64,000 nucleotides of DNA. Origin: Azolla caroliniana. Its lineage: Eukaryota; Plantae; Polypodiophyta. The notes beneath the pieces were generated by a model, which was not told where the DNA came from, searched no databases, and saw only the letters and a program-made list of their open reading frames with translations. Position 1 is the stretch's first letter, and each line of letters begins with the position of its first letter. Location: NCBI GenBank assembly GCA_043228905.1, contig JBHGNT010000008.1, forward strand, positions 20,212,001 through 20,276,000, written 5' to 3'. Made by a program: the position numbers and the translations under genes. Of the stretch, positions 34,553 to 46,819 are shown in pieces.

Positions 34553-37500
34553 ATGTCTTCCAAGAGAATCGAGCGCGAGGAGTCCAGGTAGGCCTCTGAC
34601 ACTGTGGACATTTTTGTAAATATGTTTCGTTTCTCAAGAACTCGATACGGCGTATCGAGTTCATGTATACAATACAAATATTTATACACGAACTCGATAC
34701 GGCGTATCGAGTTCGTGTATAAATATTTGTATTGTATACATGAACTCGATACGCCGTATCGAGTTCATGTTTAAAGTGTAGGTTTTAAACACGAACTCGA
34801 TACGCCGTATCGAGTTCATGTTTAAAGTATAGGTTTTAAACACGAACTCGATACGGCGTATCGAGTTCGTGTTTAAAGTGTAGGTTTTAAACACGAACTC
34901 GATACGGCGTATCGAGTTCGTGTTTAAAATTCAATGGCGTATCGAGTTCGTGTTTAAAACCTACACTTTATACACGAACTCGATACGGCGTATCGAGTTC
35001 GTGTTTAAAACCTACACTTTAAACACGAACTCGATACGGCGTATCGAGTTCGTGTTTAAAGTGTAGCCTTTGAGACTTTGAGAGAGAAAAATCGTTTAAG
35101 GGGTGGAAATGATATCAAATTGTCTGGCAAAATCAGTCTTTTTTATGTTGACTTTACTTATTTTTAAACAAATACATGCTCTAATTATTGGTGTTTTATG
35201 ACCTAGTTTAGCTTAAAATAGTAGAAAATGATCTACAAATTGCCTTCACTATGCCAAATTCTCCTCAATATAGGTTTAGAATCTATATAAGTCATACCTA
35301 CTATTTAAAAGAATATATAACCCGTTTTACTTATTACGATATATATTTTCTAGGTTGAATAGCCCTGCCTATAATAGATTTTTGAATATGTTACTGCTCC
35401 TGGAAACTGTTCTTCATTATAATAACAACTTCAATCTACGTGATTGTCTAACTTATGTTTTTGCATATACTTTCTTAAATAGGTCGTTTGAGAACCTGTC
35501 AGACCGACCCGTGAAGAAAATTAAGCTTCGCATACAAGGTTCTCCAATCGAAGCCCAGACCAAGGTAACTCCGGAGACCATGAAGAGAGGAAAGAAGCTT
35601 CTCTTTAACGAAGAGACAAAATCTCAGCCACATAGTGATGTAAGCCAAAAGAAACTTGTCGCCGCTACTGGAGGCGAAGACCTTCCTGACCGAGATCTAA
35701 CGGACAAGGAATGGTGTATGCAATATGTCGACTCAAAGAAAAAAGTCGTATTGTATACAGCAAAGAAGAAGGGTGAGGGGCAGCTAGGAAAAGAAACTCC
35801 ATTTATGTATGGCCGAATTCTACGATTTGACTACGAAGATGCGGATTCGGCCAACATACTGGTAATGATAGAGTGCTCCAAGGGGGTACGCAAAGTGTTC
35901 CTTTCAGAAGACCTTTTAGTAAAGGAATCTTGTGGGCCTGAAGTGTTCAAAAAAGCACTTGATAACTCACAAAACCTGATTGTTACCTTGAGGCCTTATA
36001 TACAAGGCCATGTAACTCTAAGAGATGAAGAGCCCTCCCACATGAAGGCCACAAAAAAGGTATCCAAAGTCCAGTCAAGACCAGCCAAGAAGAAGACAAC
36101 GAAAATGTCGGATACGGATTCGACAAGTGAAAATGAAGAAGAGGATAATAAGGGGACGCCAGGAGCCGAGCTGGCCTCGGGTGTCTTGTCATCCGAGCAG
36201 AATAAAATAAGGAGAGAGTTAATGCAACGGAAGCTGGTCAGGAAAGGGCAAGTATTTAATTTGCCTATAACACACATCCATCGGCCCCCTATTGATGAAA
36301 AAACAGGTCGAAGACCACTTGAGATTAGAGAGCCTCATCGCATGCATGTTCAAAATCTCAAGAAAAAAATGAAAATTAATCCTCATGCCACAGTGGTGCC
36401 TTTTATTGTTATGGTGGATCCTGAAGAATGTGAAACCATTGAAGATTTTGATATCAGAAAGCATGATCAATATAATTATTTTGTCATTGGTGGATCGCAT
36501 TCAGCAGAGGCACGTCGGCAACTTCTGAGAGAACATCCAACCACTTTCTTCTTCAAGTATGCCGAGTGCAAAATTTATGTTGGGCTGACAACCGAAGAGG
36601 CTAAGCTATTGGCTTGGGACCATAATAATGATAATGACTATAGGCAGAAAATGTCTTCTATTGAGCGTATACGGTTCTTCCACCACGAGTATTTAGATGT
36701 GAAACAAAAGTTTGGTGTGAAGTTACATCGAGGCCTTCGACGTCAATGTCTGCATGAAGTCGGCATTGTAGTAGATGATAATGTTAGGTCCGATGGTCTT
36801 CGAAAGTATGAATCTTGGTTTCAATTGGCGTTTAGAGATGGAGAAGTATGGAACCTCCAAGATCAAATCTTCTCAATGTGGGAGAATAAGGAGGTGAAGG
36901 GTCAACGACAAAAGAAATGTAGGGTTGACCCTCAACTAGAATTAAAGTCACAAGCCGCCAAGAAAATTGACTTGACAATTGAAGAAGCGGCAGACGACAT
37001 GAAGCTGTCTCTATGGAGAGCGATGCAAGGTATTAAGGACGAGCAGCTTCTTGTGTCCGTTTTGTCAAGGGTTGTGGCGAAAGATTTAAGCCTTGAAGAA
37101 ATGGTCACCGAGTTCAATAAGTAAGTCTTTCAAATACTGAAATTGTAGTCTATCTGGTGTAATTTAAAGTTCTAATCTTGATTTCTAATTTTACAGTCAT
37201 AAGGTGTACATGAAGATCCAAGAAGTAATGATGAAACAACTTGGATGTATAACTTGGGAACAAGTGACCGAGGATTATCCTCTAACGTCTTCGTATAAGG
37301 CGTTATCAGAGTATTTTATTGCATTCAAGGATTGGGTTAGTATTGATGTTATTTCATTACCCTCTCATCATATGTAGAGCTTGTATAATAATACCTGATG
37401 TCCTATTGCTTCTATTAGAAACCGTGTCGAGGCAAGAAACAAGGAGAAGTTAAGGATATACACGATTTCCCTACATCTTTCCTTGCACATCTCGAGCGAG

Positions 37501-38706
37501 CCAGAAAAGAAAAGGATCGTCGCTTAGTCAAGGCGTACGAAATGGAGGAAGATGCCTCGTTTAAAAAATTTAGCCACAAAAAAGATATTACGAGAGATCT
37601 TTACTACAATGTAGTTTGCGGTGATGTCATCGACTTGATCCAGAAGGTGCCAAAGAAGGAATATACGCTAATGATTGCGGATATTCCTTACGGATTTCGA
37701 ATGGCTGGGTCATCATACGACGATGAACCGTTTAGGTTTAAACAATTGGAGAAGATGGTCAAGGATTTCGCTGAGCTAACGACCGCATCCTTGTGGCGAA
37801 TAGTTGTCTTTCATAGTATGGACCAAGGGTACTCGGTAGCTCAAGCTTTGAGATCTCGTTGCCATGGCATCGAGAACCTTGCATGGTAAGGATATTTATA
37901 GGTGTCTTTCATTATATTGCAATTCTTAAGGTTGTTGAATCTATTCTTAACTCGATGAATTATTTTTTATAGGATCAAGACCAATGTAAATAGAGGGCCA
38001 ACTTTTCGGTTCGTTAATGCCATTGAATACATAACGGTTGGCTACTTCGATGAAATTAAAAAACAGAGAATCAAAGAGCATTCTAATGAAGTGGGAGGTT
38101 CAAATCTGTTGGTATATCCAGCAGTGACTCGGAAATTGCGACATGTCACCATGACAGAACGGGGACTTGTCAACCCATACCAAAAACCTCAACGACTTAT
38201 GATGCGCTTGATCGAGATGTTTTCTGTCGAAGGAGACTGGATATTAGATCTCTTTTCTGGCACAGGTATTCCTCGAACTAGGGTAACGATCTTGAGATAA
38301 CCAATCACTTTTTTTCGTTTGACAACTAAATCTTCTTGTTACTTACATCATAGGAACTACGTCAGCATGTGCATTGAAGCTGTTTAGGAATACAGTTGCA
38401 TTGGAGAAGGACGAGGACCAAGTTATATTTATTAATATGCGGATTAAGGCTTTGTGGGAGTGCCCAGACCAGGATGAGGAGGTCGGTGCAAAGAACCTCG
38501 CCAATACAGAAAGGTTTCAACCCGCTTCGCGAGAGCCTATTCCTCCGTTAGCCGGCGAACCGGGAGAGCTAATAGAGCTTGATGATGAGCTTATAGAAGA
38601 TATTTCGTTGGCCCGGCTAACAGGGGAAACCAATGCACGTATAGCCGAAGACAGTTCTACACAAGATGATGAAGAAAATGACGTTGATGAATTGATTGCT
38701 ATGTAA
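34553..38706 (+). CDS. Spliced ParB/Srx-like domain plus beta-class N6-adenine/N4-cytosine DNA methyltransferase, about 974 aa; exons 34553-34587, 35483-37120, 37197-37335, 37419-37885, 37973-38265, 38354-38706
   Basis: Five GT..AG introns with matching phases give a 2,925-nt stop-free CDS. Motifs: CGDVIDLI..MIADIPYG (IV), LAWIK..EYITVG, NPYQKPQRLMMRLIEMFS.EGDWILDLFSGTGTTSACA..RNTVALEKD (X, I, II). ParB-like YFVIGGSHSAEA..LTTEEAKLLAWDHN..SSIERI. Exon 1 and the first acceptor (alternative 35354) are less certain. Confidence 0.85.
34638..35062. repeat. Array of eight (plus one half) 25-bp palindromes GAACTCGATACG(G/C)CGTATCGAGTTC, 51-52-bp period
   Basis: Copies start at 34638, 34690, 34742, 34793, 34844, 34895, 34976 and 35027; half copy at about 34936. 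Confidence 0.95.
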
Positions 38707-39717
38707 TAGACTCTATAAAGAATATGACACTGACGATTTGTTAAGATTTCACATTATTAATACAAATTTTGGGTTTTACCTAGTGGATTCTATTCTTTAT
38801 AATCATCTATATGTTTCAATTTTATTTTTATATACCTCATTAGTAGATTTATGATATTGGTTTCACCGCGTGCATAGCTGACTACCAAACTTATGGAGAA
38901 ACATGAACTAGCTTAAATGGAGGCTGATTTTGGTCCAAGCTAACCTTAACAGAACATGGCCCTATAATTATTGCCATGACTGTCCATGTTGTTATTATGG
39001 ATCTTTGTCTTATATTGTTAAAACTATTATGTTTCTATTCCATTGCTGCTTAGATTGTGTAGTGTGTTGATAATGGTTCCAGTTGCGTTATCGTTCGGAG
39101 TTTGATCTTGTGTGAATCACCTAAGCAATAGAGTAGATCAATTTTAAATACAGGTATGAAAGCCTAATAGGTTTCTTATTTCCACGACATTATCCTAAAG
39201 TTCACTGCCTTACATTGTGCACAATTATATACACATATGGTTTGATCCCATATGAACAAACTGAGGAATAGATTAGATCAACTTTTAATATAAGTATTGA
39301 ATACTTTAATAAGTTAGTTATTCCAATCACTTATCCTAATGTGCACTATCCTACATTTTCGACAATTACATACATGCACGTATGGGTCAAAGTATAAATT
39401 ATATCTCATTTTATTAGTATGGATACAAGTACACCTCATAATTTTGTAAAACCTACCTAATTAATATAAGTCTTTAAGTTAGTGTTTCCCTTGTCGCACA
39501 ATAGTGCCATATTGAGCCATAGTTGAACTTTATTTAGATACATTAACTTATCAACATGTCTAAACTTGCATGATTTCTAATGATCTCCACTCGTAGATCT
39601 ATCATGTATTTTTATATTTGCAAATTCTTATCAAGTTGAGGAACATGTGATACTAGTGCATCCAATTATTGTAGAGAGGGTGTATTTTCTTCGTTTTAAG
39701 AAGATTCTACAAGTGGA

Positions 39718-39753
39718 ATGCGCAATCCTTCCACTTGTGAACGCGAACGTTTT
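39718..39753 (-). repeat. Right terminal inverted repeat
   Basis: Reverse complement reads aaaacgttcgcgttcacaagtggaaggattgcgcat. Confidence 0.93.
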
Positions 39754-40544
39754 CTAACCGATCGGTCCCAACCGATCCGGTCCTCGGCTTGCTCAGCCGA
39801 TCCGGCCGATGTTGAGCTTGTCTCTCAACATGTATAAACTGTCCGGTCTAGGGATGACTCTATTAGGACACAACAAACGATACGAAAGTATGGGGCAAAA
39901 AAAAAAAAAAAACATCCTCAATTGTTGAAGGATACGAAAGCCACACTCACTAATGGTAAAGATAGTATTGGTTGCGATAGGGGTCTAAATATCACTGAGA
40001 ATGGAAGTAATGAGACTACTATCATAGAGAGAAAGGTTGTAGACTATTTCAATGTTCAAACCAAGCACATCAGCAATGAAGACAAGAAGGTAGTACTTTA
40101 TGGAATATTAAATGATACATCGATAAAGGAGTTAGTTGATTGTGATGGTCTTAATGCAAACATAACATCTGTAATAGTAAATAATCTCTGTAATAGTTTC
40201 GTATCCATGAGTAGGTCAGAAGATGATCTTTCCTCGAGTGAAGGAACTAGTTTGCTAAAGCTAACAACAAGATGTAAGCCAATGACACCCATAACATAAA
40301 AAATCAAGGATATAATCACAATATTTTGGACTAATGAGACTAGGGTTTCACCCAGTAAGAAGGATTTATGCAGGAAACGTGTTGGAATGAGTCAATACAA
40401 GGAGCGTCCCATTCATCTTTGTGATGTACCTCATGTATTTACATTTATCTCAACATTTGTTTTGACTTTTGAGCTTAGTTAGTTAGCTTATTAGCTACCT
40501 CTCAATATGAACATACCAAAATAGCTAATTAACTACCTCAGAAT

Positions 40545-43500
40545 TGTTGGAAATATGTCCCTCCAGTGGGAGGATGATCCAAATGTTCGGAAAGCCAACA
40601 GTCGAAGAGTCGGAAAACAGGAGTCGAGTTGATGAGGAACTCAGCCAAGGCAGAAACCGGAACTGTGTATATAGCAAACTCGGGAGACTATACTTGTCAA
40701 TAGTCTAAGTGTGCACTCCATGAGGGCTAGGTGTGTAAATAACCAGAAGGTTGCGTAAGTATATATGCAACTAGGGCAAACTTTTAGTTTGTGTGAGTTA
40801 GAGTAGATAAGAGAGAACGTAGAGTGTGCGTGAGAGAGAGTGTGTGTGTGAGCCGCGTCATAGTTGTGTGTGTAACAATAGACTCGAAGAGCCTTGTGCG
40901 GCTGATACACTCGGTAGAGTGTTGTAATCATCTCTGTATTGTATATCCACTATACTATAGTGAAGGTTCTGTTCACCCGTGGTTTTCCCCGTTTTAGGGT
41001 TTCCATATAAATCTCTGTGCACAATTGTTTATCTTTTCTATTCTGGTATTCGTGTGTGATTTGTGTTTCAGCGCGTAGTTTGTTTATTGTGATCTATTCC
41101 GCAATGATTTCTCGACAAACTGGTATCAGAGATTGAGGTGCAAGCATGGAAGGAAGTGTGAGCGGATTCCTAGTATGATAGTTCTAAACTCTCAGAACTA
41201 TGCAGACTGGAAGATAAAGATGAAAGACCTTCTCATAGTAAAAGACCTGTACGAGCCAGTCGATAAAGCTGAAATACCCAGGGGGGTATTGGAGTTGGAC
41301 TGGAAGCTCCTAAACAGAAAGGCCGTGGCCACTATCTGACAATGTGTCGATGGAAGTCTCCTTCAGCATGTGGCGAATGACACAAATGTTTATGAGATGT
41401 GGCCGAAGTTGTCGGCTCTTTATGAGAGGAAGAACACGCTCAATAGAACCTTGCTGATGAGAAAAATCATACAACTGAAATACAGAGACGGTGAGAGCAT
41501 CGTCGAACACATCAACACATTTATGGGGTATGTAAATCAACTTGCTGCGACCAAGTTTCCCCTGGACGATGCAATGCAGGCCATCCTGTTGATGTGTACG
41601 CTACCGGAAAGTTGGGAGAACTTGGTGGTTACTCTCAGCACCTCTTGTCAAGATGAGAACTTGTCTTTACATATAGTGAAGACAAGCATCCTAAACCAAG
41701 AGGCAAGGAGGAAAGACAAAGGAGTCATGTCTCAAACGGAATCGAATCTGACTCAACATATGGATAGAGGAAGGGACCGGCGAAGAAGAAGTTTGCGGCG
41801 AACGGACAAATCCCACGCCAGATCGAAGTCCAAAGGTAAGCCTATGTGCTTTTATTGTGGAAAACCTAGACACCCCCAGAAGGACTGCTGACACATGAGA
41901 AAAGACAAGAGTGTCGGAAATAATGTCGAATCCCGGAAAATTTCGGATGAAAAGAACACTTTGGCCATTGCTACAAGCAATGAGGAACTCATGTTCATTG
42001 TGAACAGACAAGTGCAAACCTTGCAAGCGAAGAGTGCACTTGGGTGATTGATTCCGGCACATCCTTCCATATTACTCCTTCGAGAGAGTATTTCTTGACT
42101 TACATAGCCGGGGATCATGGCTATGTAAAGATGGGTGATAGTGGAGAGTGCAAGATAACCGGAGTCGGAAGTGTGTGCTTAACGACGTGGACAGGGTGTC
42201 GACTAACGTTGAAGGATGTTTGACACTTCCCCGATATCAGATTCAATCTGATATCGACTGGAAGGCTTGATGACGAAGGCTACAGTGGTAGCTTTCGGAA
42301 TGGCAAGTGGAAGTTCTGCCGAGGAAATCTTATATTGGCCAGAGCACAAAAAGAAGGCACATTGTATACGATGCATGCCGGACTGTGCAAATCGGAAGTA
42401 AATGTGGCAGCCAACTTGGTAGGGGAAATATGGCATACGAGGGTAGGCTACATGAGTCAGAAGGGAATGCACCTGGAGAAGTGTGTCGAATGCTTAACCG
42501 GAAAGAAGAAGAGGACGACATTCCACACGAGACCACCGAGGAGAAGAGAAGCTACACTGGAACTAGTGCACACAGATGTGTGCTATGTGGATGCTCCATC
42601 GCATCGAGGAGGACAATACTTTGTAACGTTTATTGACGACTATAGTCGGAAGACATGGGCTTCGTACTGAAGTCAAAGGATCAAGTACTGTCGGTTTTCA
42701 AGGAGTTCTAGGCAAGAACTGAAAGAGAGTCAGGTCGGAAACTGAAGGTTGTCCAAACCGACAACAGTGGCGAGTACAAAGGGCAGTTCGAGGAATACTA
42801 CAAGTGCCAAGGTCTTTGAATCGAATACACAGTGCCAAAGACCCCAGAGTTGAACGAGCTTGCAGAGATGATGAATCGAACGATCATGGAGAGAGTAAGG
42901 AGCATGCTCTCTCATGTGAAACTACCGAAATCCTATTGGGCTGAGGCGATGTACACAACTGTCTATCTAATCAACAGGTCTCCCTCAGTACCATTAAAGG
43001 GTGATGTCCCACAGAGGGTGTAGACAGGGAAGGATGTCTCCTACCAACACCTGAGGGTGTTCGGATGTTTGGCGTATATGCATGTACTAAAGGATCAAAG
43101 GTCAAAGCTCGACAGGAAGTCGAAAGCATGCATATTCATGGGATACTCGGAAGATGAGTTCGGCTACAGGTTGTGGGACTTAGTCCACAAGAAGGTAGTG
43201 AGAAGTCAGGATGTAGTCTTTCTAGAAGACAAGACACTTGAAGACTGGAAGCAACAGAAGTCAGAACCGACTCCCCAGTCAACCTCGACTACCATCGACT
43301 TAAGGCCAAGTGAGTCATCACCGACAGCTGTAAGGAGACAGTTGGTCGACAGAGCCAAATCTGAGTCGGTCGACTCCGAAAGACCGATAGACTATGAGTC
43401 AGAGTCGGCAAACCTGGTAAAATCAATTGAGGAATATGTCGATTGATGAGCAGAATCCCGAGCAAAGAGAAGAGTTGGCAGAGACATCCGGAATAGAGCC

Positions 43501-45742
43501 AACAACGAGTGGAAGAAGATACCCACTTAGAGAAAGGAAGGCACCAACTACATATGCAAGTCAATACATCCTCTTGACTGATGATAGTGAACCGGAGTGC
43601 TATGAAGAAGCCATTGCCAACGAGAGCAGAGTAAAATGGTTGAACGCGATGCAAGAGGAGATGGAATCCTTGCACGCGAATTACACCTAGAAACTAGTAG
43701 AGCTGCCAAAAGGTAAGAGAGCACTCAGAAATAGGTGGGTCTACAACGTGAAGACTGGAGAAGTCGACAACGAGCCCAGGTATAAAGCCCACATAGTGGT
43801 GAAGGGTTTCCAATAGAGGAAGGGCATCGATTTTGACGAAATTTTCGCACCAGTCGTGAAGATGACATCCATTCGAATTGTTCTGAGCATAGCGGCCAGC
43901 ATGGATCTGGAGATCGAACAGTTGGATGTCAAAACTGCATTTCTGCACGGGGAGCTAGATGAATTAATCTACATGCTGCAACCCGAAGGCTTTGAGGAGA
44001 AAGGTAAAGAGAATCTGGTGTGTTGACCGAGAAAAAGCTTCTACAGACTGAAACAAGCTCCACGCCAATGGTACAAGAAGTTGGAGTCCTTCATGATGGA
44101 ACATCAGTTCCAGAAAACACATGTCGATCACTGTGTTCGTGAAAAGGTACGAGGAAGGAGATTTCTTGATTCTCTTGCTATATGTTGATGATATGTTGAT
44201 AGTCGGCCAAGATGCATGGAAGATTGGAAGCTTGAAGAAAGCTCTCGACAAATCATTTTCCATGAATGACCTTGGACCGGCAAAGCAAATCCTAGGAATG
44301 CACATAACCCGAGACTGAGCTCGGAAGGCACTATGGTTGTCACAACAGAAGTATGTGACGAAGATCCTAGAGAGATTCAACATGTCAAACGCAAAGCTAG
44401 TCGGCTCCGTGTTGGCGACAAATTGCAAATTGAATGCGAAGTAGTGTCTGAAAGGACAGAAGGAAAAGGCTGAGATGAAGAAGGTACCATATGCCTCAGC
44501 CGTCGGCAGTCTAATGTATGCTATGGTCTATACGAGACCGGACATAGCATTTGTTGTAGGAGTAGTAAGACGATATATGAGTAATCTAGGGAGAGAACAC
44601 TAGAAAGCAATGAAGTGGACACTCAGGTACTTAAAAGGCACCTCAGGTGTGTTCATAAGGTATGGTGTCGGAAAACCTGTGCTGGAATGTTTTACCGATT
44701 CGGACATGTCAAGAGATGTCGACTCGAGCCAATCCACATCAGGGTACGTGATGACCTATGCAGGGGGAGTAGTGTCGTGGCAGTCACGACTGCAGAAATC
44801 TGTGGCCTTGTTGACTGCAGAGGCAGAGTATATGGTAGCAGTAGAAGCCGGAAAAGAGCTGATCTGGATGAGAAATTTTCTCACCGAACTAGGCATGAAG
44901 CAAAAGGAGTTCTTGCTTCACTGTGACAGCCAAAGCACCATACACCTAGCCAAGAACGCGGCATACCACTCCTGGACCAAGCACATACAGAGAAGGTATC
45001 ATTGGTTGTAGGAGAGAGTCGAAGAAGGAGATTTTTCCCTTCTGAAGATCCATACCAATGACAATGGATCTGACATGTTGACGAAGAACCTACCTATGGA
45101 CAGACTCAGAGTCTGTCAACAAAATACAGGACTGACAGATTTCCTCCCATAGGAGTGAAGGGGGAGTTTGTTGGGAATATGCCCCTCTAGTGGGAGGATG
45201 ATTCGACTATTTGGAAAGCCGACAGTCGAAGAGTCGGAAAACAGGAACCGAGTTGATGAGGAACTCGGCCGAGGCCAAAACCGGAACTATGTATATAGCC
45301 AAACTCGGGAGACTATACTTGTCCATAGTCTAAGTGTGCACTCTATGAGGGCTACGTATGTAAATAATCAGAAGGTTGCGTAAGTATATATGGAACTAGG
45401 GCAAACTTTTAGTTTGTGTGAGTTAGAGTAGACCAGAGAGAACGTAAAGTGTGCGTGAGAGTGAGTGTGTGTGTGAGCCGCGCCATAGCTGTGTGTGTAA
45501 TAGTAGACGCGAAGAGCCCTGTGCGGCTGATACACTCGGCAAAGTGTTGTAATCATCTCTATATTGTATATCCACTATACTATAGTGAAGGCTCTGTTCA
45601 CCCGTGGTTTTCCCTGTTTCAGGGTTTCCACGTAAATCTCTGTGCACAATTGTTTATCTTGTCTATTCTGGTATTCGTGTGTGATTCGTATTTGAGTGCG
45701 TAGTTCGTTTATTGTGATCTATTCCGCAATGATTTCTCAACA
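40545..45742 (+). mobile_element. Full-length degraded Ty1/copia element F (LTRs 40545-41117 and 45169-45742)
   Basis: TSD AGAAT at 40540-40544/45743-45747, PBS tggtatcagag at 41121, PPT before 45169. Gag, INT, RT and RH motifs with many stops. Confidence 0.93.
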
Positions 45743-45747
45743 AGAAT

Positions 45748-46800
45748 ATGACCATAGGTAACTAGCTACCAGTAATAGCTAATTCGCTACCAGAATAGCT
45801 AATTAGCTCCCTCAGAATATGACCATAGCTAACAAACTACCAATAATACCTAATTAGCTACCAAAATAGCTTAATAGCAATTGCCAATAGCTAATTTAGC
45901 TATTACCAACTATTTCGCTACCAAAATAGTTAATTAGCTACCTAAGAATATCGAACATAGCTATTTAGCTACCAGAATAGCTAATTAGCTACCAGAATAG
46001 CTAATTAGCTACCAATCATAAGCTCTATTTAGTTACCGGAATAGCTAATTAGCTACTAGAATAGGTAATTAGCTACCTAAGAATATGAGCATAGCTATTT
46101 AGCTACCGGAACAGCTAATTAGCTGCCTATGATTATAGCTAATTAGCTACCTAAGAATATGAGCATAGTTATTTAGCTACCAACATAGCTATTTAGCTAC
46201 CAGAATAGCTAATTAGCTGTTATGACTAGTTAATTAGCTACCAGAATAGCTAACTAGCTAATTAGCGAATTAGATGCATACGACTATAGCTAATTAGCTA
46301 CCAGATTAGCTAACTAGCTATTCGTAATAGCTAATTTAGCTATTACCAGCTAATTAGTTGCTAGGATAGCTAATTAGCTACCAATCATAGCTATTTAGCT
46401 ACCAAAATAGCTAATTAGTTGCCTATGATTATAGCTAATTAGCTACTAGAATAGCTAACTAACTATTCCTAATAGCTAATTAGTTATTACCAGCTAATTT
46501 AGTTATTACCAACTATTTAACTGCGAGGATATCTAATTAGCAACCAGATTAGCTAACTAGCTATTCCCAATAGCTAATTTAGTTATTACCAGCTAATTTA
46601 GCTATTACCAACTATTTAACTGCGAGGATATCTAATTAGCAACCAGATTAGCTAACTAGCTATTCCCAATAGCTAATTTAGTTATTACCAGCTCATTAGC
46701 TACTACGATAGCTAATTAGCTACCAGAATAGCTCATTAGCTACAAGAATAACTTATTAGCTGCTATAACAGGTTTGGAGAATAGCTAATTAGCTAATCAA
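45748..46800. repeat. TAGCTAATTAGCTA palindromic minisatellite array (starts at about 40480, before insertion F)
   Basis: Dozens of degenerate copies with a period of about 20 bp. Confidence 0.9.
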
Positions 46801-46819
46801 TATGTCCATTTTATTACGC

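Larger units (their letters stand above)
30610..39753. mobile_element. Intact Sola1-like cut-and-paste DNA transposon, 9,144 bp, carrying a ParB-methyltransferase cargo gene
   Basis: 36-bp TIRs (30610-30645/39718-39753, 34/36 identical) and TSD CTAA (30606-30609/39754-39757). Removing it restores ggcctaaccgatcgg, as seen in the sister LTR at about 18400. Confidence 0.93.
18047..39830 (-). mobile_element. Full-length Ty1/copia element E (3' LTR 18047-18478; 5' LTR 30267-30609 plus 39754-39830) hosting element D and the Sola1-like element
   Basis: TSD TGTAT at 18042-18046/39831-39835, PBS-Met at 30255-30266, PPT at 18479-18491, gag-PR-INT-RT-RH order. Confidence 0.93.

Noticed and set aside
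34638-35062. CRISPR-like repeat-spacer array
   Set aside because: Spacers are only two sequence types repeated in both orientations, there are no cas genes, and the context is eukaryotic and intron-containing.
35355-35482. ORF-track N-terminus MNSPAYNRFLNMLLL... as the real protein start
   Set aside because: TTG start in AT-rich intron-like sequence. An in-frame acceptor at 35481-35482 joins exon 1 more plausibly (alternative acceptor at 35353 not excluded).
34553-38706. Bacterial contamination as the source of the ParB-MTase gene
   Set aside because: The gene has spliceosomal GT-AG introns and lies inside a TSD-flanked element embedded in a plant copia LTR.
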